From Lama guanicoe (lineage: Eukaryota), in NCBI GenBank assembly GCA_013239625.1, contig MU054212.1, positions 992,001-1,056,000 of the forward strand: DNA of 64,000 nt. The letters run 5' to 3'. How positions within the stretch are numbered: position 1 is the first letter of the stretch; every line of letters begins with the position of its first letter. The notes under the pieces were generated by a model that saw nothing but the letters and a program-made list of their open reading frames with translations, ran no database searches and was not told where the DNA came from. Position numbers and translations under genes: made by a program. This document shows positions 46,136-59,135 of this stretch, in pieces.

Positions 46136-49100
46136 GTATGATTTCATTTTCCTGCCCCGAGCCAACTCAGAATCTAACTCTGCAATTCTACCCCAGGGCA
46201 GACACGCCACCAGGCACCTGTCACTAATGGAAGGGGCACAGCCACCTGGGACACAGAGAGTGGTTGCCCACGCATGCCCCCTCCCCAGAGCTGGAAGGCA
46301 CACATGACGCGTGCTGCTCAGAGGCTGAAACACCAGCCCGGCTCTGATTTAGAATGGACGGTGTTCTAAAAATAATGCTGTTGCTTCTCTGCAAAGCTGC
46401 TATTTATTTCTATGGTAAATCACCTTTCTTCTCCTGCATTCTACAGTTAGAGGAAAAATCATTCTTTTAGGAAGACTTGGTGCCAGATACATCATTTTTA
46501 GGGAATACATTTGGACTTTCTGTGCCAACAAGTTGCATCTCTTTGGGGGAGGTGGGGATGAGCAGAGATATTTATTATGTCAGAAAAAAGTCGAAAAACA
46601 AGGCTTGTCATTTTCATGTGATTTGAAGGAGACATAAATAGAAAGGTGCCAAAAATTCCTTTATGACTTACTTAAGAAGCAGAATTGTTCAGGGGTCAAA
46701 GAGACCTGGCTTTAAGACCTTGGCTTTCAATCCACCCACACACAGCAAGTGGCTGTGTGACCTCAGGCCATATGCCAGTTCAGGTCCTCAGGGATACAGG
46801 TGTCAAAATGGGATTAGATGAGCAAGAGAGCTGTTGTTTCGGTGGAAGAAAAGAAGAGGGAGCCGGAGCTGGCAGGGACGGCCTTCAGCTGAGATTTGGG
46901 CCTGAGGCCTGGGAAAGGAGAGGGGAAGGCGGGGGTGGGTAGGAAGAGCCTCAGACCACAGTGCAGCCCTGAGGCGGGCCGGCAGGCCGCTGGGGCATCT
47001 GCAAGCAGAGATCACCCCAAAGAAGAGTCCGGTGTTGGGCATAAATGGCCCAGCCCTAGTTCTGCCTCTGAGCTGGGGCCTCAGCTGGGAGCCACCCGTG
47101 TGCCACTGCGGTTCTGAGAGACTGGCCGCTGGGGGTTGCCAGCCCACCGTGCCCTGCCGCAGGTTCTCCTGAAGGGAGCTCTGGGCGGTGACTCCGTGGC
47201 AACCATCAGCTGCTGTTCCATTTTTTCTAAGCCTCAGCTTCCTCTCTGTAAACTTAGCGTAATCATGCCTGTCTCATGTGTTTGGGCAAATCACTACATC
47301 TCTTTGAATGTCAGTTTTCTCATCAGTTGAATGGGGTGGGGAGAGGTAATAGCCAGTGATGAGCAAGCCCTCGGAGGCCAAGGGCATAATTCACAGGCAG
47401 ATGTGAGCGTTGGAAAGGGAGGGACTGGGTTCTGAGGGAGACTGCCTGGGCCAGCAGCTCCACCTCTCCAGTTGCTCCACGGAACGTCTCGGGACCCCTG
47501 ATTTGCCTGAACTGTGCTGGTGGAGGCTAAGGCAGCTGGCGAAAGTGGTGACCCTCTCAGCCATCGGCCCCTCCTGGGGCTACAGCGATGGGGCGGCCCC
47601 GCTCCCCATCACCGCTCTCTCGGTCAAGCTGACCTTAATGACAGCAGTCTTCCTGCAGATGCTGCCGGACTGTCCTTTTCCTGCTTCCCCTCCCTTGGGC
47701 CGCCTGGCTCTGTGGCTTCTCCAGCATCTCTGCCTTCCCCTCCCTCCCTGGCCCCTTTCTCCCTTGCATCTTCTCTGAGCACATTCACCGTAATGAGTTA
47801 CCTGGCTGCTTCTGATGATTCCACCCCAGCATCTTCCCAACCAACACTAAATTGTATATAATAAATGGAAAAGGTAACATTCTTAAACGGAAAGTGAAAA
47901 AAATAATCCATAGTAAATATAACTTTTAAATTATTTTAGCCCCAAATATTGTAATGGAGTATGCGTTCAGGGTGTTGCAAGATTTGGACTGTTCTATTCT
48001 CATTCTGGTTTCTATTCTAGCAACTTTTTGCCTCTCTTTTAAAAACCTGTACCACCAATTTTTTTTTAACCTATTCCTGAATGTATAAAAACGCTGCTTT
48101 GCTCTCTGCCCCACCCTCCTATCCTCCATCAAACTTCATATGCCAGGATCTGAATCCACTGATGTCTTTTCTGGGTGTTAGTCAGTTAGTCTTTTCTGAA
48201 AGAAAATTGCTCTAAGAAATAACTCTGGAAAGCAAATTTCAAGTCTAATAACCAAGCCCACATATGTAAAGTACTTTTAATTCTGTAGCAAGTTCTAACA
48301 TCCGCCTTAAATTGGCTAACCCTCGTTCTCCAAACCTCCGCACTAACATGCAGCTACAGCAAGGGTAATGTTGAGCAGTGTCACCATCTGGTCGGTTTAA
48401 TTTCACAAATATAGGTTTCTTTTTCATTTTGGAGAACAGTTATCCTCAAGGAAACCTGAGAATCTGAGGAATTAAAGCGCATCTCGGCGTTTGCTCAGCC
48501 TCACAGTATTAAAAACCAAAGAGATGTCACAGTGTAATTATTCCTTCCACTTCCTGATTCTGCATCCACATTTTCCATTTACAATTTAATTCCATTCAGT
48601 AACTACTTCTTGAGGGCGTACTGTGTCCCAGGCACTGGGGATGCAGCTGTAGGCAGGATAGACCCCATTCCTGCCCTGTCGAAGGTGCACTTGGGCGTAA
48701 ACCACCAGGAATGGGCGACGGCAGCCTGTTGCTACCCATGACTCCCAGCACCTTCTCCCCGTGCAGTTTCCGTCCGCCCCTTGGTGCACCGTGAGCAACT
48801 CAAGGAATGAGACTTCCATCCCTGCATGTCCAGTGCCCCCCGCAGTGCCTTACCTACCCCCTCGTTAAATATTTGTTGAATGAGTGAATAAGTGGATGGG
48901 TGGATGGATGTGAGTTTTCACAGAAAGTAAACTTGCTTAGCCACACATGCCTACAATAGGTAACCACCACGCAAAGGAATACTAACTTTTGTTCTCTGCT
49001 TTTACTACGTGATACTTGCTTAATTCCTGCTCATCACAGGTGAGGTATTAAGGTCTGAGAAATGTAAGGGTGTTGGGAGAAGGTGGGTGTGTACTTCTGT

Positions 49101-49260
49101 GCCTCTAGGTTAAATATGTCTTGCAGAAAGAAAATGCTTGCTGATGCTTAAATTAAATCTTTGCTGTTCAAGTTGTCCCCTGACTTCTCCTCACAGCTTC
49201 CTGCTCCCTGCATGTGTACAATACAGAATGCATATTCACTGGGTCTAAAAATCGGGGCTC

Positions 49261-49556
49261 CTAAGTGAAATAATCCAGTTGCCAAAACACAAATACTGTG
49301 TGACTTCAGTTTTATGAAGCACCTCGAGTCGTCAGATTCATAGAGACAGAAAGGAGAAGGGTGGTTGCGGCGGGGCTGTGGGGAGGAGGAAAGGCGGAGT
49401 TGTTTAATGCGTACAGAGTTTCAGTTTTGCAAGATGGAAATAGTTCTGGGGGTTGGATGCACAATAATGTGAAAGTACTTAACACTATTGAACTGTACTT
49501 TTAAAAATGGTTAAGGTGGTAAACTTTAGGTTTATGCATATTTCACCATAATTTTC
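49261..49556 (+). mobile_element. L1MB-like 3' end
   Basis: ctaagtgaaataatccag...ttcatagagacagaaag...tacagagtttcagttttgcaagatg...aaaatggttaaggtggtaaa. Confidence 0.8.
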
Positions 49557-49882
49557 TAAAATGTAGATTTTTCTAAGTAAGGCATATTGCTTCTTGCCAT
49601 GTGCTGGGACTTACATCACTAGCTAAGTTTGCTATAAAACTTCCTCTTATTCCCCAACAAAGTAAGGAAATTATACAACAAAACTTTCAATAGGTAGAAC
49701 GTAATGGCTTTTAAAAATTCCCAAAGAGACAGACATTTGATAAGTACTTGTTTATTAGTTTATTCATTTAAATCATGGGGTGTGGGGGTTTGCTTCCCAC
49801 CCTCTCTCCCGACTTGGGAGATTTGGGAAAACTCTAAAATCGTCTTATTTTCCTTCTTTGCTCTTTGCTTTCTCTCCCCCAG

Positions 49883-50066
49883 GTTGCAGTTTGCTGTGGA
49901 CGTGCAGACAACTTCGTCCAGAGGGCTCGTGTTTTATGCAGGCGCTAAGAACTCCTTCATGGCTCTTTATCTTTCAAAAGGACGTCTGGTCTTTGCACTG
50001 GGGGCAGAAGGGAAAAAACTGAAGCTCAAAAGCAAAGAGAAGTGCAGTGATGGGAAGTGGCACACG
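49883..50066 (+). CDS. LAMA3: Laminin alpha-3 exon 30 in window (LG4; heparin/syndecan-binding KNSFMALYLSKGR motif)
   Basis: cccag|GTTG...CACACG|gtgag; LQFAVDVQTTSSRGLVFYAGAKNSFMALYLSKGRLVFALG...DGKWHT. Confidence 0.95.
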
Positions 50067-50574
50067 GTGAGAGCTGGGGCTGCCCTGGAACCTCTGCGCA
50101 GGGTCACGTGCACCCTCGAGTAGCTAAAACTGGGGGTCTCAGCGTTCGTCCAGGCACGAGGGCATAAGTGCTGGGAGCACATGCGGTCGCAGGCACTGAG
50201 CGTCCCAGCATCTCAGCCCCAGAGCCTCCCGCATGTGCCGTGTACAAATGTCATCCTAAATGCCAACGCAGGCTTTATTCCCTGCTCCTCCAGTCCCCTC
50301 CTCGCCCCCTAGGCTGCCTCACTCCCCCTGCCTATTCCCACTCCTGCTCCCAGGACCAGTTCTCCTTCAGGACGATTTCCAGGGCTCCAGGCCCCTCTCT
50401 GAGTCTGGGATGCCTTCTCTATAACACAGGTGTGAGGATCCACATCGCTAGCATCTCAGCTCTTGCCTGAAGGCATCCTAGGCTTAAAGAAATACAGTTT
50501 AAGGCATGAAGGGACATTTTTTTTTTCTGATAAGGGAACTGGAACTTAAAATAATTAAGTGGCTTGACAAGTTA

Positions 50575-51420
50575 CATTCACTTAGTCATTCAACAAATAT
50601 TTAGTGAGCTGCCATTCTGCAGCACATAAACAAACCAACCAACCAAAAAACCAGTATAATATCAGATACTGGTAAGTGCTTTGAGAAGACAATAAAACAA
50701 GGTAAGGAAGTAGCTGAGTAGAGAGACTATTTTGAATAAGATAGTGAAAGAAGGCCTCCTCCAAGGGGTGACAGTCATATGAAGTTACAGGAAGGGTGTT
50801 CTAGGCGGAAGTAACAGCAAATACAAAGACCCTGAGGTAGGAATTAGCTAAATGAACAGAACAGGGAGGATAAGAAGGGGGGTTCAAGAGCGAGGCAGGG
50901 ACCAGATCATTTAAGCACTGAAGGCCAAGGTGAGGATTTGGGATTTTACTCTGAATGTCTCTCAAGCTTTTGGAGAGTCTAAAACTGAAAAAGGAGCATT
51001 TCACAAACAGATTTATATTTTTAAAAATTCTCTGTAGTCGAAGAGTCTAAAAGGGAGTAAGAGTAGAAGTAGGTAGACCAGATGGGTGCTGTTGCCTTTG
51101 GTTCAAGAGGACATGGTGGAGGTGGGGAGAAGTGGACCAGCCAGGATGTGTTCTGAAGGCAGAGCCAAGAGGGCTGGCTGCTGGAAAGAGAGGACTCAGT
51201 AGCAGGTGCTCTGATTTTGGACCAGCGATTGGATCAAGAGTGGAACTTCTGCTGAGATGGAGAAGATGGGGAGGAGGTGGGTGTGGCTGGGGAAGAGTGG
51301 GAGTTCTGTTGTGAGCATCCTCTGGCTGAGCTGCTTATCAGACGTCCAAGCCCAGGAGTCAGGAGACAGTAGAGGCCAGAGGTCACGCCGGGCGCCTACA
51401 CTGGGGAGTCGTTAGTGAAC
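50575..51420 (-). mobile_element. L2 LINE fragment
   Basis: cattcaacaaatatttagtgag...aaatacaaagaccctgaggtagga...ggatttgggattttactctg. Confidence 0.65.
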
Positions 51421-51939
51421 AGTCTCATAGCTACGAGGTGGCAGAATCCACTCTAGAGCCCAGGGGTCCTGACTTTCAGCAGGGAGTTTGAAACACTTGC
51501 TCCTCCTGATAGAAGAGAAGTAGCCATTGACCCCTTGCTCCAGGACCAGCGCTCGGAGGAGCACGTGACTTCACCCGCCGCAGCTCTGCACAGACCCTCC
51601 CTTCCCCTTTGTTGCACGGATGTGTGTCTATTTATGATTCCTTTGGCTCTTCAGTTATTTCTCTTTTGTAAGTTTCCGGGTCAATTATATGCTTTTGTTC
51701 TCTTCTGAGAAATCCTTTTTTTAGTTCATGTTTTAAGCTCACTTTGTTTAATATCTAACATACTCTCACAAATGATGATGATGGTGACAATAGTAGAGAG
51801 AAAAATCTCTTAATTTTTTAAAGCTCTTTGAAGGGATAGAAAAGCATTTTCTTTTTTAAACTTCCTGTGACCACTAATAAAATACAGCACCAACGATCAA
51901 AGACAAGAATCTGATTAATTTATTTTCTTTACTCTTAAG

Positions 51940-52080
51940 GTGGCATTTGGGCAAGATGGAGAAAAGGGGCGCTTGGTCGTGGATGGTCTGAGGGCCCGGG
52001 AGGGAAGTTTGCCTGGAAATTCCACCATCAGCCTCAGAGCACCAATTTACTTGGGATCATCTCCATCAGGGAAACCAAAG
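51940..52080 (+). CDS. LAMA3: Laminin alpha-3 exon 31 in window (LG4)
   Basis: ttaag|GTGGCA...CCAAAG|gtaaa; VAFGQDGEKGRLVVDGLRAREGSLPGNSTISLRAPIYLGSSPSGKPK. Confidence 0.95.
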
Positions 52081-54236
52081 GTAAACAGTTATTCTTCAGA
52101 GCCATAGATAAGAACAATTCACTTTATAATCATTATAATTGTATAAGATATTTAAGCAAATCAGAATACTTTAAATTATTTTAATAACTGAATATGTGTT
52201 TTAATGTTATTTGGTGACTAAAATACAATTATCTCAAGAACCAAATTGGGAAAAAGTTGGGCTGAGGGGAAAATCACAAGTCTGCCTGTCTCCAAGAAGG
52301 AGGGGTGCATATCTGGATTTGTCAAGTTCAAAGGCCCCTTTGGGGGCATGGCTTCAGGGCTGAGCTCTGTGATGCCCTCTCCCTGGTCTCTCTCTCTCCT
52401 CCACGCCGCCAGAGCACTGATTGCATCTGCGTTACTTGGGGTGGCCGAACTCACCTGTCATTCTTCTCCCAGATTTGCCTTTTCTCCCGCAAAATGAAGT
52501 AAGGTGGCCCTGTCAATAGTGCAGGTCCTGGAATTGTCCCCTGCTAAACGTGCTGCCAAAAGCTTGGCTCCTTTGCCCCATGCTCATGGCTGGTGTCCGT
52601 TCTGGGGTAATGTGTGCTTGCAGCAGGGAAGGAAGGGCTGAGACTCAAATCTGGGCTAGAAATGGACACCATTAAAGCGGGCCACTTCTGCCAGCATGGA
52701 TTCTAGGCGGTCCAGCTGCCCTAGTCTAAGCCTTGTTGCCTCCACAGGGCTCAGCCTGACCCACCTGAATTTTGCACTAGGGTTTGGGCCAAAGCCCCAG
52801 TAAGTCATAAAGTCTTGTTTTACTTTATTGTGTGTGATACCTTGGGTATATGTATCATGAATAATATATAACATGATATGGTGTATGTGTTATGTTACCT
52901 AATACATAGATAACGTGTAACATATTAATTGCTAAGGAGGATAGTCAATGTTTGCTTTTCTGCAACCTTCGTACCTATTTCCCTCTCAGAGAAATCACAG
53001 GATGGGGCAGTGATTCAGGGCACAATTTGGGTGCTCTTTTGACTCGGATAAATCAGACTCAACATCCTAGTATCTGAGATGACCAGTAGCTTTCCGCTTA
53101 CAACACTCTTTACAAGCAAGGTGCTGTCTGCAGCCTTCCTTCAACCTGAAGGTGCAGACCCCTAATTACCCTCCTCTGTGTCCTCTGAAAGGGCAGGCAA
53201 CATCCAGTCAACCAGGAGCTGCCTCAGAACACCAAAACCTGCAGCCAGTACTTAGGGATTCAGTCTAGGGTGAGGCCTAGCCTGGAGCGCCCGAGTGTGG
53301 TGTCAGATACAGGCTCTTCCTTGTAGGCGATGGCAGATCCTAAGGAACTAAAAATTTCAGTACTTTGTTGTTGACACTGACACCACCTACATCTATGATG
53401 CCACCACATTCTCTTACAATTGTCATGTCTTGCATCTGTGCAGGATCCCGGAGTCCTGAAAGCATTTGTTCCAGAAGCAAGTTGAGGGCTTTTATTCAGT
53501 GATTTATTAACTTTTTTTTTGAGAATTTCATGCAAGTGACAGCCTCTCTTCCTAGGAAAATGCACAGAACACCTGGTAGATAATTTAAGGGATCACAGAA
53601 CCCTGGGCCTCTGTTCCAGGCCAGCGTTAGGCAGCCCTGGGCCTCCACGCAAGCCTACTGATGCTGCCCCCTGGGTCTTACCTCAGCCCGACAGCATTCG
53701 TGCTGTGTTGGCGGTGCACGGGGCCCAACGATGTAGGGAGCTTTTTTTACTCTTTATTATTTGCGGAATGTTTTGGCCTCTGTTTTCAGCCAGCTGCCCT
53801 GCATTAAGCTATCACACGGGCTTATGAAACCCCAAGAAGTGGTTTGTACCTGCAAAGAGGTGAGATCTGTGAGCTGCAAGGTGGAAATTTCCCCTGTGCC
53901 AGCTTTGACTGTGTGGATAGGGTCAGGTCGCTCTCTTTCCTCTTGTTCCACACGAGACAGCCATCCTCACCACCCCTACCCTCTGCACACACGCACCACT
54001 TGGTTTGGTGGCACCTTCAAACTTTGACCACCCACCAGACACCTGGTACCCAGGTTTTGTGGCACTGTGGAGGGAGCCAGAATGAAACAGTCAGACCCAC
54101 ATGACTCTTGAGAGCAGGACTGGTGAATCCCCATTTCTTCCCCTTGCGGACCACTGCCCTGCCCTAAACCTTGGCCGCCACACGTTTTTGGGAGTTGCAA
54201 GTGATGAAGTTTGCTTTCTTGTCTGCTTGGTTGCAG

Positions 54237-54396
54237 AGCCTCCCCCAAAACAGTTTTGTGGGCTGCCTGAGGAACTTTCAGTTGGATTCAAAACCCCTGG
54301 AAACCCCTTCTGCAAGCTTTGGGGTGTCTCCCTGCTTGGGCGGCTCTTTGGAGAAAGGCATTTACTTTTCCCAAGAAGGAGGTCACGTCATCCTAG
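54237..54396 (+). CDS. LAMA3: Laminin alpha-3 exon 32 in window (LG4 end, LG5 start)
   Basis: tgcag|AGCCTC...CTAG|gtaag; SLPQNSFVGCLRNFQLDSKPLETPSASFGVSPCLGGSLEKGIYFSQEGGHVIL. Confidence 0.95.
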
Positions 54397-54507
54397 GTAA
54401 GGAGCAGTTCGGAAGAGTTTATATCTTTATATCATTGATTCTGAAGAATTCTGTCCTTCTCCTTCCATTACGATGTTTTCACTGTTTCTTTCTTTTCCTT
54501 TTGAAAG

Positions 54508-54638
54508 CGAACGCTGTGTTGTTGGGGCCAGAGTTTAAGCTTGTCTTCAGCATTCGCCCAAGAAGTCTCACTGGAATCCTAATACACATCGGAAGTCAAC
54601 CCGGCGAGCACTTATGTGTTTATATGGAGGCGGGAAAG
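54508..54638 (+). CDS. LAMA3: Laminin alpha-3 exon 33 in window (LG5)
   Basis: gaaag|CGAAC...GGAAAG|gtgcg; NAVLLGPEFKLVFSIRPRSLTGILIHIGSQPGEHLCVYMEAGK. Confidence 0.93.
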
Positions 54639-56444
54639 GTGCGTAGCCGTCTGATGACACGGGAAGATTGTATGAATTTGGATTAGGACCAGATTCCATT
54701 TCTGGAGACTATGGCGGGTTAAGTTACGGTAGAGAATACAATCTTGTATTTAGGAGACCTGACTTCAGGGCTAACTTACCATTTTCCTTTAGCAAGTAAC
54801 TTGGTCATCATGTTTTCTGTTCTGCATCTTTAAAGCTGGGAACATTCAAACAAGCTGAGGTGAGTTCCAGCTGCACCATGTGGTTATAAGGCCCTAGGGA
54901 AGTTACTTAACCTCTTTCAGACTCAGTTTCTTTATCGTTAAAACATGGAGAACAATGCTTTTATTTAAGGGCTTTGGTCAAGAGAAGAGAAACTGCCGTA
55001 TACTCCATCCATGTGCATTTTTCTCGCCTCCACTGCACCCTGGTCTCACCTCTGCTTTTATTTAACGAGGGCAGTGCCAGAATTCCTGGGATAGATTTTC
55101 TTACCAGCTGTCTACACCACATGACAGCCACGCCGTGGCCCTGTATCCTTTGGATCAGTTCCAAGCCCCCTCATGGTCTCTGCACAGCTCACCCGTCCTC
55201 TGGTCCCGGCTGCCATGCCGGCCGCTGGGTCTACACCCGGGAGACTGTAGCTTTTCCTGGATTCCTTCTCTAGCACATGCCTCTGCGACTTCATCCCTCC
55301 TGTCACTCACGGGACTCGTCAGTGTCTTGTTTTCTCCACCCAGCTATAGCTCTTTCCTTTTCAAAACAAAAACTCTTTAAAACCAAATTCATTCAGGAAG
55401 CCTCTCTTAGTTAAGGCCTCAAGGCAAAGACTGATATACACCATTATCTTTTATCTCCATCCTTCCACAGTTTATTAGATGTGAGGGGAAACTCGCAGAA
55501 TAAGATAAAACAGCCAAAACTCCTAGAACGCTTTTATTTCGGTTGCACCTTTAAGTCTGAGCCGGCCTCTTGTGGGTCAGAGAAGCAAGCACCTGTGCTT
55601 TGTGGTGGCTCAGACAAGGCTGGCTTTTCAGGGGAGAGGTTGGGGAGCAACCTCCTGAGAGAGCTTCTGGATGGGAAATAATCCCCCCAAAACGAACTCA
55701 AGACCTGATGACCTTCCTAACAGCAGTGACACTGTTCAGCTCGAAAACTGCCTGAGAACAGGCTGTACTGTCCACCTCCATGCAAATTAAGTGTAGGCTA
55801 TTTATCAACATGCTTATTTCAGTGCTGTCTGCTCACTGACCTTGCTTCCGCCCTTGGAGAATCCTGGCACGCAGAGTGGAAAGGCGGGATCCCGCACAAT
55901 GGCTCGTCGAGCACCTGAGCCCTGACATGTGCCCAGTGCGATCTCAGTCGGTCAGCTTGCTGAATTCCTTGGGCGAGAGCCTCCTCTGAGTCCTGTGTTC
56001 ATGGGATTATTATAATTGGCTGACCCTTGCAGCAGGGTGTAGGCCTTGACCAGCATTTTTGCCTTCCAAATTTTACATGTCCTTCTAAACAGAGCCGCTG
56101 TCACGTATTAATAGCTAAGACAGGTCTTCAATGCTGATCAGTAACTTTTGTGTGGGGCCTCCCGAGGGTGAGGGGCAGGAATGGGAGGGGCAGGCTCTTT
56201 GCCTCGGGTGGCAATTCCAGGAAGGAGGGGGTTGCAGCTCACTTACACGGAGGGGATGCAGCAGAGAGATTCTTGCCAAGCCTTGGCCCCCGTGTGACCA
56301 CCTGGTGCAGGAGTCGGGGTGGGGGCACCTATATTTAAAGTGCTCCTGGGTGGTCAGGGTGTGAGGGCTGGGAAGGGAAGAAGGCAGGGGAAGTGGCTCC
56401 ACCTGCCTTGCAGAAGGAACTAGGAAAACGCATGTGTGTTCCAG

Positions 56445-56538
56445 GTCACGGCCTCTGTGGGCAGTGAGGCAGGTGGGATCTCGACATCAGTCACACCACA
56501 GCGGTCTCTGTGTGATGGACAGTGGCACTCGGTGGCAG
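56445..56538 (+). CDS. LAMA3: Laminin alpha-3 exon 34 in window (LG5)
   Basis: ttccag|GTCACG...GCAG|gtagg; VTASVGSEAGGISTSVTPQRSLCDGQWHSVA. Confidence 0.95.
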
Positions 56539-56784
56539 GTAGGACTTCCAGTAGCCTGTTTTTCACACCCTGGAATAGTCTCCCTTTCCATCCAGACCTG
56601 GGTATCCCAAATGCAGCTCATCCTACCATGAGTGTCACCCCACGAGGGTAACGTGGTGGGAACTCGTCCAGTCTCAACTCCAATTGTATTTGGGTAATTC
56701 GTGGCTCCAGTTCTCCATAACACACTGAGATTTTTCTTTTTGAGCCCAGCAAACTAAGTTATGTTTGTTTTCGAGATAGGATAA

Positions 56785-57030
56785 CATTGTGGTTCAGATC
56801 TTGGCTCTGAAGTCAAAAAGAACAGAGGTCAAATCTCAGGTCCAGCCCTTACCTGTGAGACCTTGAGCAAGCTGCTTAATTGCTCTTTACCTTCAGTTTC
56901 CTTATCTGCACAACAGAGATAAAAACAGTGCACACCTCCCAGGGTTGTGAAAATTAAATGGGATAATGCACGTAAAGTGCTTAGCAGTGTCCAGTAAGCA
57001 CAAGTGTTCAGTAAACATGTGCTCTTACTA
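56785..57030. mobile_element. MIR SINE
   Basis: ggctctgaagtca...ctgtgagaccttgagcaagctgcttaa...gggttgtgaaaattaaatgggataatgcacgtaaagtgcttagc. Confidence 0.8.
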
Positions 57031-57723
57031 TTGTTAAAGGTCCCTGTTGGGTTGTTTTTTTCAACAACCATTTACTATTAATGCAAACAATTTAGGCAAA
57101 CCACTGGGCTGAGAACAGGCATAGCCTCTCAAGTCAAATCTGCTCTTTTAGGAGTAACTTGGGCTTATCAGTTTGGAGATATATTAACCTGTATTGGCTA
57201 AAATACCTTTTGTTAAAAAGTAGTCTTTTCTTGGCAAACTTGAAAGCTACCTACCTTGCAGTTGGTTCAGACTGCTAACATGGGAGTAATTTTATTTGGA
57301 GGGTGAAAAGCGACTTTGGAGTCAGTTTTCAGAAGTAAGTGTCTCCTTGGAAAGAACCGGAGATCACATGAAATACACACTGGCCTCTGGAGACAGGAGA
57401 CCAACTTACAACCAAGCCCTCTTGCCCCGCTCAACGACTGAGGGTCACAGTCTGTTACCTGGGAAATGGGAGGAATAATATCTTCCTCACAGGCTCATTT
57501 TAGGATTCAATTCTGTAATATATGTGGATGCACCTAAACAGCACTTGGTGTTGAGAAATCAGTTGAAATTGTGCCCAGGTTGATGGAATTCCCACGAGCA
57601 GTGCTCCCATAGCCCAACAGAAGTGAGTTAAAATGAAGCCAGTGGTGCTGCGCAGGTGTAGACATGACACAGTGGCAGGGCTGCCCTCAGGTGGTGGACC
57701 TGACCCGCTTCTTTTCTCTCCAG

Positions 57724-57843
57724 TCACCGTAAAGCAGCACATCCTGCACCTGGAGCTGGACGCGGACAATAGCTACACAGCCGGGCGGCTCCCCCTCCCG
57801 CCGGCCCGCACGCGGAAGCGTCTGCACATCGGAGGTGTCCCAG
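57724..57843 (+). CDS. LAMA3: Laminin alpha-3 exon 35 in window (LG5)
   Basis: tccag|TCACC...CCAG|gtaat; TVKQHILHLELDADNSYTAGRLPLPPARTRKRLHIGGVP. Confidence 0.95.
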
Positions 57844-58605
57844 GTAATTCTTGTGCTGACTTCTGCACCCACGTTGCCTCACGTCAGCTCTTAACATTTC
57901 CTTCTTAAACCGACAGCGCGACGCCGCAGCCCTTGTTACTGGCAGGGCAGCCGTTGGCTGGACGTGGAGGCAGGGAGGCTCTTTCCCCAGCTTGTGGGGA
58001 AACCTGGTTGCGGCAATGGGGACGTTTCAGGGCAGCCCAGGCCATACTGCTGCCTCTCCCTCTGGCCCCAAGCCGATAATGTATAAGCCTCTCTTAAGGG
58101 GCTACGTGAACCTAGAAGCCTGATATCAGCAAAGAATCAGAAAAGGCCCACGTCACTGTCCGGGCCCTCCAGGCACTTAGTTTTACTGGCCAGTTACTAA
58201 GCTTTGTGGAGCCAGAATGGGGCAATCAGGCAGATGGGGGTGGAGTCAAGTTCAAGACTGGAATTTTGCTTGGAAAGAGCTTTATCAGTCCTCATTGTTT
58301 TATGTCCCTCCAAATCGTCCGGTGGTTAATTTTATAGTCTTCTGTGAGCCATAAAAAGCACTAGAGTTCAGAGTCATTATCTATCGATTTGGGACTTAGA
58401 ATCTCCTCCTTTGAAGAGTGTTAAGAGTAGCCTTGCGGCTGATTTATCACAGGAGGGGCTGTGCTGGGTGCTGCTTAAAGGAGGAGAGAACTGGGTGGCC
58501 TGAGACCCGGGGCCCTCTTCACTCTCATAAGACAGTTTCTTAACTGGAGTGCATTCGCTGGATGATATGAATTAGTCATTGAATGACTCTCCTTTTGTCT
58601 CTCAG

Positions 58606-58751
58606 CTAATTTGAAAACCCTGAAGCTTCCTGTGTGGAAATCCTTTTTTGGCTGCCTGAAGAATATTCAAGTCAACCACATTCCTATCCCTGTCACTGAA
58701 GCCACGGAAGTTCAGGGGACCGTCAGTCTGAATGGCTGTCCTGACCACTAA
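58606..58751 (+). CDS. LAMA3: Laminin alpha-3 terminal coding exon (LG5 end, stop)
   Basis: ctcag|CTAAT...CACTAA; NLKTLKLPVWKSFFGCLKNIQVNHIPIPVTEATEVQGTVSLNGCPDH*. Confidence 0.96.
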
Positions 58752-59055
58752 CTCAGACCTGTCACACAGCAGGGAAGTTCGCCTCCAAAAGCACTGATTA
58801 CTCAGCACGCCTCCCTCTCCCCACTCAAGGTCATTCCTGACTTAAGACACCATCCAAATGGGATGAATAGCAAAGCTAATTTTTAATTCCAATCACACAG
58901 ACCCAGCATTTTGGCATTCAGTGCTCCATATGCATTTTATATAAAAATCCCTTTTCTTGAAGATGATGAACAAATTGTTACATGCTTTTGGTAATATCAT
59001 TTTCCACTAAAAGTTAAATGTCTTTTAAAGAATATTATTTTCCACTTGTTAAAAA

Positions 59056-59135
59056 AATAAATATCCTTTAAAGCACTTTAAAAAGACAAAAATTTTACCT
59101 GTGTTAAGATGTTATAATTTATGGGGTTAAATAAA
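59056..59135 (+). terminator. Candidate LAMA3 polyadenylation signals (AATAAA at 59056-59061 and 59130-59135)
   Basis: Two AATAAA hexamers about 300-380 nt after the stop in an AT-rich 3' UTR; which one is used cannot be determined from sequence. Confidence 0.6.

Larger units (their letters stand above)
333..58751 (+). other. LAMA3: LAMA3 gene, 3' portion (36 coding exons; 5' end lies upstream of window)
   Basis: Spliced translation NCQHNTAGEHCERC...VSLNGCPDH* follows the laminin alpha-3 architecture (LE repeats, coiled coil, LG1-5). All 35 introns are GT-AG with compatible phases; summed CDS is 4896 nt. Confidence 0.98.

Noticed and set aside
57807..57821. Furin cleavage site in RTRKR
   Set aside because: P4 relative to the final Arg is Thr, so it does not fit R-X-K/R-R
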